31,494 nt of DNA, taken from the IMG/VR virus record IMGVR_UViG_3300030102_003210; one strand, written 5' to 3'. Position numbers and translations under genes: made by a program. How positions within the stretch are numbered: position 1 is the stretch's first letter; each line of letters opens with the position of its first letter. The notes beneath the pieces are model-generated. The model did no database searches. It was not told the DNA's origin and saw only the letters and a list, made by a program, of their open reading frames with translations. This document shows positions 9,414-17,574 of this stretch, in pieces. Source of the stretch: an uncultured virus (IMG/VR IMGVR_UViG_3300030102_003210). Taxonomy: Duplodnaviria > Heunggongvirae > Uroviricota > Caudoviricetes.

Positions 9414-9494
9414 TTCATTTCCTCCTAAATTTGACGTAGGCTTCGCACCTACTTGGCAGTCAATCTACCCCTGCTAAGACTTGGGTTACGTTAA

Positions 9495-9698
9495 TCAGCA
9501 CTTGCCGCCAACTACTGCTGGCACAAGTTTCACTTCATCGACGGTTTCCCAATTGACATCTGTGATGTTCTCACGGATAACCATGTCTCCATCTACAAAT
9601 ATCCAGTGTGTAGGATGGTCATTGATTTGGTCAATCACCTCTACCTGTGTCACCGTCATGTCTGTGTGTCCTGTTTCATTTACTATTACCAATTTCAT
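9495..9698 (-). CDS. Ubiquitin-like (beta-grasp, ThiS/MoaD/SAMP-type) protein with a masked di-glycine
   Basis: 67 aa; WIFVDG...DEVKLVPAVVGG-KC-stop; GGAGG RBS upstream. Confidence 0.8.
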   Translation of the reverse strand: MKLVIVNETGHTDMTVTQVEVIDQINDHPTHWIFVDGDMVIRENITDVNWETVDEVKLVPAVVGGKC

Positions 9699-9716
9699 TT
9701 CTTTCTTCCTCCATTT

Positions 9717-9932
9717 TCATTGCTTTTGTTGTTTCATTTCTTGAATCCGACCAGTCAGTATGTTGATGGTCTGCTCATAGTGATTGCACAGCGAGATGTA
9801 GTTGTTCGCTGTACTCACTAGAGTCTGAATGTTCGCATTGTTCTCCAAGAGCATCTGCTCAAGTTCCGCAATGCGAGCATCCTTCTCATCTACCTTCTTC
9901 TCGGTCTTCTTCGTTTCTTTTTTTGTTGTCAT
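9717..9932 (-). CDS. Small coiled-coil protein
   Basis: KDARIAELEQML heptad pattern. Confidence 0.7.
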   Translation of the reverse strand: MTTKKETKKTEKKVDEKDARIAELEQMLLENNANIQTLVSTANNYISLCNHYEQTINILTGRIQEMKQQKQ

Positions 9933-11059
9933 TCTTTTTCCTCCTTTAGTTCATCTATTAACTTTGATACTTGTCCTCTAACTAGACTGTTAATATCTCC
10001 ATCATAACCCAAAGCCCGCAGGTAATTCACCTGACGTTCCGTTGGCTTATCATTGTAGCGATTAATTATCTTCATCAGATTCTCAACCTGTCTCTCAGAG
10101 AGACCCTTCTTACCACGCACACGAATTTCCATGTCATGTAAAAAGCGACTCTCCCACTGGTTGCTCGCCATGTCTTTGCTGAATAATGGAATATCATAGT
10201 ATTCACATCCATCCCTCAACTCGACATCTCTTTGTTCCGCCAAGACAGACTTCCTGATTCTCTGCTGCTCTTCCCACTCAAGTTTCCTCTGAACCTGAGC
10301 CTCTATCCTCTCATCCTCATCAAGGACGACTGCCCTGTGATGACTGAGCATCACGTTGAATAGAGTCAGGTCATTCATGAGTCGCTCGTTGGGATATCCC
10401 TTCGTGTTTATCTGAGCCTTCGGATTGTCAGGATGGTTCCATCGCCAAACGATAGAACTCATCTTGTAGTCCTCCATCCCATAGTTTCCACTAGACTTCT
10501 TTCTCAACTTAGTCTCAGGGACACTTATCCCCAACTTAGAATCATACACATACTTCCCAGTGTAATGCACGTTTATTCTCAAATCAAGTTCCTTGGCTTC
10601 GTTGAACATCTGCTCAAAAGCCTCACCATTCTCGTTCCACCAAGCAGTTGCCATCATAGAACTAACCTTGGTCTTAATCCATTCCTCAATCATCTCTTCA
10701 GTGATTGCATCAGGTTCGATACCCATCTCATCTTGGATAGCACGAAGAACCATGTAGGAGTTTATGTGGTCTGAACCAACACAATCCCTGTGTCCTGTCT
10801 CTGTGTTCTCTATCTCAAAGTGATACACGATTGAGTGAGAGCAAAGGCATTTGTCAGGGTGTGCAGAAGCCCAAGCAGGTCTTGGAGTTCCAATACCCTG
10901 CCACCAAACTTCTCCCGTTGCCTTCCACTCATACTTGGCATCGTCATAGTTCTCTGCTACTGAAAGTGCGACCATCTCCCTCTTGAGGATTTTATCCCAC
11001 CTTCCCTCACCAAGAGTTCTCTTGGCGTTTCTCATAACATACTCTACGTCTTCACTCAT
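9929..11059 (-). CDS. Hypothetical protein with a Zn-binding motif and a C-terminal helical module
   Basis: CLCSH...ENTETG...VGSDHI; C-terminal PTERQVNYLRALG...SKLIDELK; GGTGA RBS before ATG 11059. Confidence 0.8.
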   Translation of the reverse strand: MSEDVEYVMRNAKRTLGEGRWDKILKREMVALSVAENYDDAKYEWKATGEVWWQGIGTPRPAWASAHPDKCLCSHSIVYHFEIENTETGHRDCVGSDHINSYMVLRAIQDEMGIEPDAITEEMIEEWIKTKVSSMMATAWWNENGEAFEQMFNEAKELDLRINVHYTGKYVYDSKLGISVPETKLRKKSSGNYGMEDYKMSSIVWRWNHPDNPKAQINTKGYPNERLMNDLTLFNVMLSHHRAVVLDEDERIEAQVQRKLEWEEQQRIRKSVLAEQRDVELRDGCEYYDIPLFSKDMASNQWESRFLHDMEIRVRGKKGLSERQVENLMKIINRYNDKPTERQVNYLRALGYDGDINSLVRGQVSKLIDELKEEKE

Positions 11060-11315
11060 TCGACTCACCATTCTGCTCAATGTCAAATAACTCGTCTCTT
11101 CTAACTTCCATCAGATGTCCGTACAGAAGTTCGTTTATCTTCTCAAACAAAGCCTCTGCGCAACCACCAATCGTCTTACGATGTAGCGACATCCAAATCT
11201 TGTGCTGGTTGTTCAATACAACCTTCACACCATCGTTATCATTCATCGTTATCATAATCGGTGGTAGTTGTCCATCGTCCACAAGCCTGAACTCAACTGC
11301 TGTCTCTTGCTTCAA
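11052..11315 (-). CDS. Hypothetical protein
   Basis: 87 aa, TTG start overlapping the upstream stop. Confidence 0.65.
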   Translation of the reverse strand: MKQETAVEFRLVDDGQLPPIMITMNDNDGVKVVLNNQHKIWMSLHRKTIGGCAEALFEKINELLYGHLMEVRRDELFDIEQNGESNE

Positions 11316-11479
11316 AATTCATACCCCCTTTCAATTGCTTCTTCCATCATTATGCCTTGCGTCTCAAAGTCACATCTAATCCAAACTCTGAACCAGTGTG
11401 ACTTATCTGCAAAGATGTCAGGTGTTCTCTTACTGTCTTCTTTTCTTTCTCTCATTCTTCTTATTATTTTCATTATCAT
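11312..11479 (-). CDS. 55-aa hypothetical protein
   Basis: Manual translation MIMKIIRRMREKK...RGYEF; fills the gap with overlaps on both sides. Confidence 0.55.
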   Translation of the reverse strand: MIMKIIRRMRERKEDSKRTPDIFADKSHWFRVWIRCDFETQGIMMEEAIERGYEF

Positions 11480-11736
11480 TTTCTATACCTCCCATTGAAT
11501 TCATCCTTTGGGATAATTGACGAGAGGAATCGAAGAAACGCTTTCGCCCTTCTCTTCCATCTCAAACCATGTTCATACTCTCTCTCTAGTTTGGCTAATG
11601 CCATTTGGTCGTACATCGAAACATAGTCAACCAACTCATCGAAATCCGATGGTAGGTTCCTTAGTTCATACTTCGACCAAAACAACCAATTGACACTAGA
11701 GTAGAAGTCCTTCTGCTCTCTCTTTGTCATAATCAT
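11476..11736 (-). CDS. Hypothetical protein
   Basis: ORF within the operon; GGAG RBS before ATG 11736. Confidence 0.6.
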   Translation of the reverse strand: MIMTKREQKDFYSSVNWLFWSKYELRNLPSDFDELVDYVSMYDQMALAKLEREYEHGLRWKRRAKAFLRFLSSIIPKDEFNGRYRK

Positions 11737-12133
11737 TCTCATCTCCATTGTTCCATACCTTGAACCTGACAACCATTTGGTCTAGGTTCTTCTTCGTGGT
11801 AGTCGTCATGAACTTGTTACTTCCCTTCAGGAAGATTACCACGCTGTAAACATCATCTGTGTAGTTCTGTCTTGCCCACATCTCTAGTAGTGGGTCACCC
11901 TCTCTCAGTTTCTTCCAAGAGAAGCCTTCTATCTGAGAGATAGCGACTATGCCGTTCTGAAACCTAACATAGCCCTTCATTTTTATCTCTCCTTCTGCTT
12001 CAGGAATACCATGTCTGTGCAAGAAGGAAAAGTAATCCTCCTCCATCACACACAAACAAGGCTCAGGTTCTCTCTCACCATCTGCGGTAAATAGAACTGC
12101 CGTTCCCGTTCCATTGCACATAGCACAAGTCAT
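11696..12133 (-). CDS. Hypothetical protein with an N-terminal Zn finger
   Basis: CAMCNGTG...EPCLC. Confidence 0.7.
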   Translation of the reverse strand: MTCAMCNGTGTAVLFTADGEREPEPCLCVMEEDYFSFLHRHGIPEAEGEIKMKGYVRFQNGIVAISQIEGFSWKKLREGDPLLEMWARQNYTDDVYSVVIFLKGSNKFMTTTTKKNLDQMVVRFKVWNNGDENDYDKERAEGLLL

Positions 12134-12720
12134 GCTCTCAACCTCGCTAGTATCTGATTGAAGGCATCCTGCGTTTTCCTAGCATCTTCCTCAAACTCAA
12201 GAGACATCTTGAGGTAGTGGTCATTCGGCCACCACTCAGGCTCCTGTGTCTTCCAAGAAGATATCTTCCACTTGCCCTGCAAGTAGTAGTGCCTGTAGGA
12301 GCGAATGGAATACTCAAAGGCATCCTCGTCGGAATCCCTCGGTATCCGATACCTGTCATCCATAGCAATAGCGAATGGAGTCAGAACAGTATCAGGAAGA
12401 AGGCTCTCTGCCTCATCCATCTGCTCTGAATATTCCTCCATGAGAATCTCGACCTTGTGCTTGCGACCATACCTAACCGTATACTCCTTGCACAGTGCTA
12501 GGCAATGCTCTCTCAACCACTGGAAGTTCTGACTTGTCTGCCTCGCCCATATCGTGCATGGGTGATTCAACATAACTGGTCTCCAAGCAGCATCGACACC
12601 TAGGTAGTCTAGGATTGTGTTAATCATCTGATTGCTCTCGGTTGGCATCTTGATTACATGTGAATCCATCATCATCTGTGCTGATGTCTTAGGACTCATA
12701 TCCAAAGCGAAAATATTCAT
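12130..12720 (-). CDS. Pyrimidine-dimer DNA glycosylase/endonuclease V-like protein
   Basis: MNIFALD..P...A....DSHVIKM..E..QM, NHPCTIWAR, Y..RYGRKH, YRHYY. Confidence 0.7.
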   Translation of the reverse strand: MNIFALDMSPKTSAQMMMDSHVIKMPTESNQMINTILDYLGVDAAWRPVMLNHPCTIWARQTSQNFQWLREHCLALCKEYTVRYGRKHKVEILMEEYSEQMDEAESLLPDTVLTPFAIAMDDRYRIPRDSDEDAFEYSIRSYRHYYLQGKWKISSWKTQEPEWWPNDHYLKMSLEFEEDARKTQDAFNQILARLRA

Positions 12721-13148
12721 TCTTCCTCACCATCCCTGAGACTCTTCTGTAGCCTCTTCACGACAATCGCATCAATCCTACGAATGAAGAAATCAGTTCT
12801 CATCTCTTCCTTCATGACAGCCCTGACCACTCTTTTGTTCGTGGCTATGTTATCGATTATCTTCTCAAGTCTCGCTACCTTGGCCTCTAAGTCTGCAACA
12901 GTCTGCCTCTCGATTTTCTCAACGTTCATCTTGTGCATAACCCACTGTCGCATACTGTCATTGTTACCACCTTGGGCATACCTGTTAGTGCTTCTCACTA
13001 GTGGAGTGTGACCCTCTAGATGATTGCTATCCTTATTGTTGCCTATGTGGTATTCACAATACTTCTGGTGACTATTACGGCTAGTGTAAGCCTTGTTGCA
13101 TTTATGTCCATCTTCTAATATATATTCACATCTTCTTGTCATTTTCAT
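12717..13148 (-). CDS. Zn-finger plus coiled-coil hypothetical protein
   Basis: CEY...KCNK...KYCEYH; GGTGA RBS. Confidence 0.7.
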   Translation of the reverse strand: MKMTRRCEYILEDGHKCNKAYTSRNSHQKYCEYHIGNNKDSNHLEGHTPLVRSTNRYAQGGNNDSMRQWVMHKMNVEKIERQTVADLEAKVARLEKIIDNIATNKRVVRAVMKEEMRTDFFIRRIDAIVVKRLQKSLRDGEEE

Positions 13149-13159
13149 TTTTTCTCACC

Positions 13160-13760
13160 TTTCTTATTATTATTATTTGGGAGTGTGATTGCAGAGAAGG
13201 TCTAGGCCACCACAGCCTATGTCGCTAGGATGTTTGGAAACACGCATTTCGACCTTTTTAGTCACGACAAACTCTGCTCTACCCTGTCGGGGTTGGAGTG
13301 TGATAGCAGGGGAATGCAATGTTGAAGTGAGTTGTTGGCATACAACATGAAACATCACTGTTATTGATTCTGCATTTTTACCACAGTAAACCTGCTGTTT
13401 GAGTTGAGGAGGGGAAGGATAGGTACTTTGCCCATCATACGGAGTAGGGAACTGCAACCGGGAAAGTTGCCTCGATGTAACTTACGCCACTTGTGTCCTG
13501 CTTCATATTTTATACCGGGAAGCCGCTACTCACGTTCCTTGCGAGTGCGAACAAGTCTGCTAAATACGATGTCATGACTTGTGCCATGTCTCGTATTGGT
13601 GGCTGCTCCTATATCTTCAATCCTTATTATTACTAAACCCTCAATCTCACGACTCGACCTTTTACTCTCTCGCATATTCAATCGCTAAACCGAATACACT
13701 CAAAGGCGAAGGCTAATCCGCCTGAAAGGTCAATGTCTCCCTGAGCCATATGTGAGTGTG
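13160..13760 (-). ncRNA. Candidate structured non-coding RNA (~600 nt)
   Basis: Gene-free gap in a tightly packed operon; nested stems with G-U pairs on the minus strand (13654-13662/13725-13733, 13672-13680/13691-13699, 13563-13597). Confidence 0.5.
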
Positions 13761-13762
13761 TT

Positions 13763-14164
13763 TTACTTTCTCCTGTAAACTAGGAGAAGCGTCAGATAAC
13801 CTATCAAGTCCTTGATGATGTCGTTATCTGATTCTAGTGAGTCATTACCGAGGACAAGCCTGTTCAACTTGTCATCGATTCTGACTTTGATTTGCTCATC
13901 AGTTGGTGCAGAGGAGAAATACCTCTTCGGGTCTAAGACCGAATCACCATACTGGTTGTTCTTCTGAAGAACTAGTTCCTTCATTTCGTCAAACACCTCG
14001 GCAATCAACTTCTGATTCTGAACCATTGTGGGTTGAATCGCCTCATTGTGCTTCTTGTGTGCAATTTTCGTTGTGCTATCTTTTTGTTTTGTCTTACTAA
14101 ATCCATCTGTCATACTGTTTCCTCCGACTTGTTCTAACTTCATCATGTTTTCTTTTTTCACCAA
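13763..14164 (-). CDS. DUF1599/nucleotide-modification-associated domain 1-like protein
   Basis: KNNQYGDS...IKVRIDDKLNRL...DIIKDLIGY. Confidence 0.7.
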   Translation of the reverse strand: MVKKENMMKLEQVGGNSMTDGFSKTKQKDSTTKIAHKKHNEAIQPTMVQNQKLIAEVFDEMKELVLQKNNQYGDSVLDPKRYFSSAPTDEQIKVRIDDKLNRLVLGNDSLESDNDIIKDLIGYLTLLLVYRRK

Positions 14165-14169
14165 TATTC

Positions 14170-14520
14170 CACCACCATGTAAAATTGAACAACTTCGCAG
14201 TAAAGCGTTTTTGTTTTATTTTTCAATTTTTCACATTTTTCACCCCTCTCCGAGAGAAGGAGTAGTAGTAGATATGATGACATATAGTAGTAGTAGAAGA
14301 GAGTGAAATATATGTAAAATTGAAATATTAATAAAAATCTATGATTTTACACTCTCTAAGCACGTTTTTGATTTTTCACCCTGACTGAAAAATAGTGAAA
14401 AATACCAAATCAATCTGAAAAAGGTGAACAGCAAATCATATTTCATATGAGTTATATCTCATGTGATATCCATATACATATATGATATATGTTATACATA
14501 TAGGAAACGATTTTTGACAC
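14170..14520. other. AT-rich divergent control region with short repeats (candidate replication origin)
   Basis: Strand-switch point; ATGTAAAATTGAA at 14177 and 14312; AGTAGTAGTAGA at 14261 and 14286; several TTTTTCA/TGAAAAA; CATAT/ATATG-rich tract 14437-14502. Confidence 0.45.
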
Positions 14521-14727
14521 CATATCAGAAGTAGTGATGCTAGGTAGATACAAATTACTACCAAACTGTTGAGTTCGATTAATTAGGGTCTAGGAATCTC
14601 TTGTGCAAAAAGGGATTGAACCCTGAAATGCGCCTGAGAGACTCAGACACCCTGAGCCGGATTTCACCTATATAAAGGGCTGACCACCCCTAGTGTCGGC
14701 CCAGAAATTATCTGTTCCAAACCTTTT

Positions 14728-14737
14728 ACCATATGGT
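14728..14737. repeat. ACCATATGGT palindrome, copy 1
   Basis: Exact 10-bp palindrome. Confidence 0.9.
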
Positions 14738-14786
14738 AGGATGCTTTGCTATCTGACCTTATTGTAGTTGAAATCCTCTATCTGTC

Positions 14787-15185
14787 ATGCCACTGATAGT
14801 AGGGATAGAGAACGGAATAGACAAAGGATTTACAGAAAGTGATATTTCACTGGTGAATGGGTTTGCATTTGGTATGTTAGCCATGAATGCAGGTGTTGGA
14901 AGCATGAGCGTTAGATATGGTGGAGTGAAGATTACTCCTGAAGTGTTCAGAAAGAGGATGTTGATGGTCAACTTTGTGAACAAGATATATGACATGGATG
15001 CACTTTACAACAAACTAACAATCGAGTTTTGTGAAAGACTTAGAGATGCTGATTGGTCATGCAACGTGAAGACCTTGAATGATGAGGACTTTGAGGTTGC
15101 ATACACACAATGGATGAGAAGGATATCAAAAATGGACTTCGATACATATGAGCGAAAGATGAAATCAAGAGGTGAAGAAGAATGA
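14787..15185 (+). CDS. Hypothetical protein (cassette 1)
   Basis: 132 aa; ATG 20 nt after the start of GTTGAAA. Confidence 0.75.
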   Translation: MPLIVGIENGIDKGFTESDISLVNGFAFGMLAMNAGVGSMSVRYGGVKITPEVFRKRMLMVNFVNKIYDMDALYNKLTIEFCERLRDADWSCNVKTLNDEDFEVAYTQWMRRISKMDFDTYERKMKSRGEEE

Positions 15186-15436
15186 ATGAATTACCCGGAA
15201 CAGGAAATGGAATGATTGAGATGAACAAAGGAATAGAGGATGAGGTGTACGAAGTCAAGTATCTAACAGGTAAGGACTACCCACATCTATGCTCTAATTG
15301 CCAAAGTGCCGTAGACAATGCACATACATTGATTGTGGATGGATTTGCATCCGAGCAATATGTTGTTGACGACGAGGGGCCAAACATGTTGGCATACGAT
15401 AGAGGCTGGTTCGGTGAATGTGAGTGTGAGGAATGA
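15182..15436 (+). CDS. Acidic Cys-containing hypothetical protein (cassette 1)
   Basis: CSNC...CEC; ATGA coupling; GGTGA RBS. Confidence 0.7.
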   Translation: MNELPGTGNGMIEMNKGIEDEVYEVKYLTGKDYPHLCSNCQSAVDNAHTLIVDGFASEQYVVDDEGPNMLAYDRGWFGECECEE

Positions 15437-15439
15437 CCT

Positions 15440-15613
15440 ATGACGACATACAAGATAATTAGGTTCAGATTTAACGGAAACAACCGGACAATCAAGAGGG
15501 GATTAACCCTTGAAGAGGCTCAAGCACATTGTCGAGACCCTGAAACAAGTGGTTCAACCTGTTCAGACTTGAGAAAGCGTGGTCAATGGTTCGACGGATA
15601 TGCAGAGGAATAA
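15440..15613 (+). CDS. 57-aa hypothetical protein (cassette 1; absent from the ORF track)
   Basis: MTTYKIIRF...RGLTLEEAQAHCRDPETS...WFDGYAEE. Confidence 0.7.
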   Translation: MTTYKIIRFRFNGNNRTIKRGLTLEEAQAHCRDPETSGSTCSDLRKRGQWFDGYAEE

Positions 15614-15619
15614 CAATGC

Positions 15620-15633
15620 CACCCTTCGGGGTG
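15620..15633 (+). terminator. C(UUCG)G hairpin after cassette 1 genes
   Basis: CACCC-TTCG-GGGTG just after the stop; no U-tract, so the role is uncertain. Confidence 0.5.
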
Positions 15634-15655
15634 TGCTAATAGCAAAGCACACCAC

Positions 15656-15665
15656 ACCATATGGT
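15656..15665. repeat. ACCATATGGT palindrome, copy 2
   Basis: Exact match. Confidence 0.9.
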
Positions 15666-15712
15666 AGGTAACTTTGTCACCTACCTGATATACATGAACC
15701 GAACTCTTAGTT

Positions 15713-16441
15713 ATGGAGATGCTAACCATACTAGCACTGCTGTTAGCAGTGATGCTTGCTGTTGAACGCCAAGAAGAACCTAATGATGGGATGACGGATA
15801 CTGGTGAAACCACTAGGTCGAACCCTCACTATCCCATCCTCAAACAAGAGCGTGAGGAAGGAGGTGTCTTTCTTCTCAGGAAAGGTGGGAACAAGAATTT
15901 CAACATGATGAGGTTTCATGTCTGCCGAACAGGTAAGAAGGAACAGTTCTATACTCTATATCAGGAGGTTGCGATATACAATGAGTTCGGAATGAACTAT
16001 TCAATGAACTACTGCGGTAATCTATCCCATAGCCTTGCTTCTGCTGTTGAGAAGGCTAGGGTCAGAGCCATGAATGTCATCAAGTCGGGTTTCTACCATG
16101 ATGTTCATGTCGATGTCCACAAGACACCTAGAGTAGTCACCAAGAACTACTATGCCTTTACCGATGATGAGGGTAAGAATGGCATTGAGATGAAGTTGGC
16201 TAAGTCTAAGAAGTGCTACTACGGCTACCTTCAGGGGGATGCTGGCAGAAGATTCTGGGATTTGTGGAAGGAAAACGACGGATTAGTTAGCGGTAAGGAT
16301 AAAATCAAGGAAGCGGGCTTTTGGATAAAGAAGATGAATGGCGGTAGTTGGATGTTATTCATGAGAGCGCAAGCAACAAACATAGACTATGAAAAAGAGG
16401 CTATTACCTATGAGCCTGACGAGGATGTTGACATAGTTTGA
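15713..16441 (+). CDS. Hypothetical protein with an N-terminal hydrophobic anchor or signal (cassette 2)
   Basis: 242 aa; MLTILALLLAVMLAV. Confidence 0.75.
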   Translation: MEMLTILALLLAVMLAVERQEEPNDGMTDTGETTRSNPHYPILKQEREEGGVFLLRKGGNKNFNMMRFHVCRTGKKEQFYTLYQEVAIYNEFGMNYSMNYCGNLSHSLASAVEKARVRAMNVIKSGFYHDVHVDVHKTPRVVTKNYYAFTDDEGKNGIEMKLAKSKKCYYGYLQGDAGRRFWDLWKENDGLVSGKDKIKEAGFWIKKMNGGSWMLFMRAQATNIDYEKEAITYEPDEDVDIV

Positions 16442-16449
16442 ACCAAACA

Positions 16450-16476
16450 GGTCGGGGGAGTGATACTCCCTCGGCC
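16450..16476 (+). terminator. 12-bp GC-rich hairpin after the cassette 2 gene
   Basis: GGTCGGGGGAGT-GAT-ACTCCCTCGGCC, two G-U pairs on the plus strand. Confidence 0.5.
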
Positions 16477-16505
16477 TCAAGGTTATACATAGACAAAGTT
16501 CGTCA

Positions 16506-16515
16506 ACCATATGGT
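16506..16515. repeat. ACCATATGGT palindrome, copy 3
   Basis: Exact match. Confidence 0.9.
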
Positions 16516-16631
16516 AGGAGAGTAGTGACGACAGGTTACACGCATCCATTGAAGAGTCTCACTCTTCATCATCGTAGTAAATCACTGTTGTCACCTCCTA
16601 ACCCCGACAGGTTGCACCAATTCTTTTGACA
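16516..16631 (+). ncRNA. Gene-less cassette 3: candidate small hairpin RNA
   Basis: AGGAG/CTCCT, GTGACGACAG/CTGTTGTCAC and TGAAGAGT/ACTCTTCA nested stems. Confidence 0.45.
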
Positions 16632-16641
16632 ACCATATGGT
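16632..16641. repeat. ACCATATGGT palindrome, copy 4
   Basis: Exact match. Confidence 0.9.
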
Positions 16642-16730
16642 AAGCAACTTTGTCAGCATATCCCTATATGGTTGAAAACCGTCTCCGGGTGTCCGTAGAG
16701 GTCGGACAGACTAACAGGAAGTGAAAAAAT

Positions 16731-17231
16731 ATGGCAAAAAGCAATGGAAGTATAACATGGAAAGAAGACACAACATTGATTGAGGACTACTGCAACAAGT
16801 ACGCAGCCGAGATTGGCGAATTCGCTATCTCAATGCTGCAAGCGCAGTTAGCAGAGGGGAACCGAGTAATATCAAGGCAGAATTCGATAACGAAGGCTGT
16901 CAAGGCTAACCTCTCAGCGATTGAGAGAGTACACGGTATCCGCTCTCCCTTCGTATCCAACCAAGGTAAGAAGCCTCCAATGGTGCTATCCGATGATGAA
17001 GAGGCTACACGCCCCTACAGCATGGAAACCAACGAGGATGGCTACACGGTGTTGACCGTTTCGCCTGAGTTCCTCACGTTCTTCACCAAGTATTACAGGA
17101 TGAAGAACGATGACGGCTCAAGCATCGAGTCAACCGGATACAGAACCAACGAAAACCTGCTGACGAGAGTGCTACTCAACGAAGTTGAGGCTAACTGGTT
17201 GGCTGGCATCAAAAAAGCGAGGTCTGAGTAA
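16731..17231 (+). CDS. Hypothetical protein (cassette 4)
   Basis: 166 aa; RBS GGAAGTGA; flanks complementary to each other. Confidence 0.8.
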   Translation: MAKSNGSITWKEDTTLIEDYCNKYAAEIGEFAISMLQAQLAEGNRVISRQNSITKAVKANLSAIERVHGIRSPFVSNQGKKPPMVLSDDEEATRPYSMETNEDGYTVLTVSPEFLTFFTKYYRMKNDDGSSIESTGYRTNENLLTRVLLNEVEANWLAGIKKARSE

Positions 17232-17265
17232 GTCTGACCTCTTCCGACCTCTCGGACACCCAATT

Positions 17266-17281
17266 TGGCCCTTCGGGGTCA
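17266..17281 (+). terminator. C(UUCG)G hairpin after the cassette 4 gene
   Basis: TGGCCC-TTCG-GGGTCA. Confidence 0.45.
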
Positions 17282-17318
17282 TCTTGGGGTCTCCGGGCTG
17301 GCAAAGCCGCCTACTACA

Positions 17319-17328
17319 ACCATATGGT
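17319..17328. repeat. ACCATATGGT palindrome, copy 5
   Basis: Exact match. Confidence 0.9.
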
Positions 17329-17376
17329 AAAGTGCTTTGCTACTGAACCTCATAGTGTTGAAATTGAGGAGAAGAC

Positions 17377-17574
17377 ATGGAATCGGAAGCGATACTAAAC
17401 AAGCAATACCAGTATGAAGTAGAAGTCGGACACGCAAAACAAGGTTCAGACCATGTTTTGATTCTCAAGTCCCTCAAAGTTCGTGATGACAACCTAGCAG
17501 ATGTCGTCGCACAACTTGAAGCAGCACTTGAGAAAGTCAAGGACATCTTCGTAGAAGGGGGATTTGCAGAATGA
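17377..17574 (+). CDS. Hypothetical protein (cassette 5)
   Basis: 65 aa; ATG 20 nt after the start of GTTGAAA. Confidence 0.7.
   Translation: MESEAILNKQYQYEVEVGHAKQGSDHVLILKSLKVRDDNLADVVAQLEAALEKVKDIFVEGGFAE

Noticed and set aside
13173..13457. 94-aa minus-strand ORF
   Set aside because: TTG start without a clear RBS, atypical composition, no coupling to neighbours, and it lies in a structured region
2388..15185. Many proteins ending in GEE/GEEE as a shared C-terminal tag
   Set aside because: Explained by the overlapping GGTGA/GGAG ribosome-binding site of the next coupled gene
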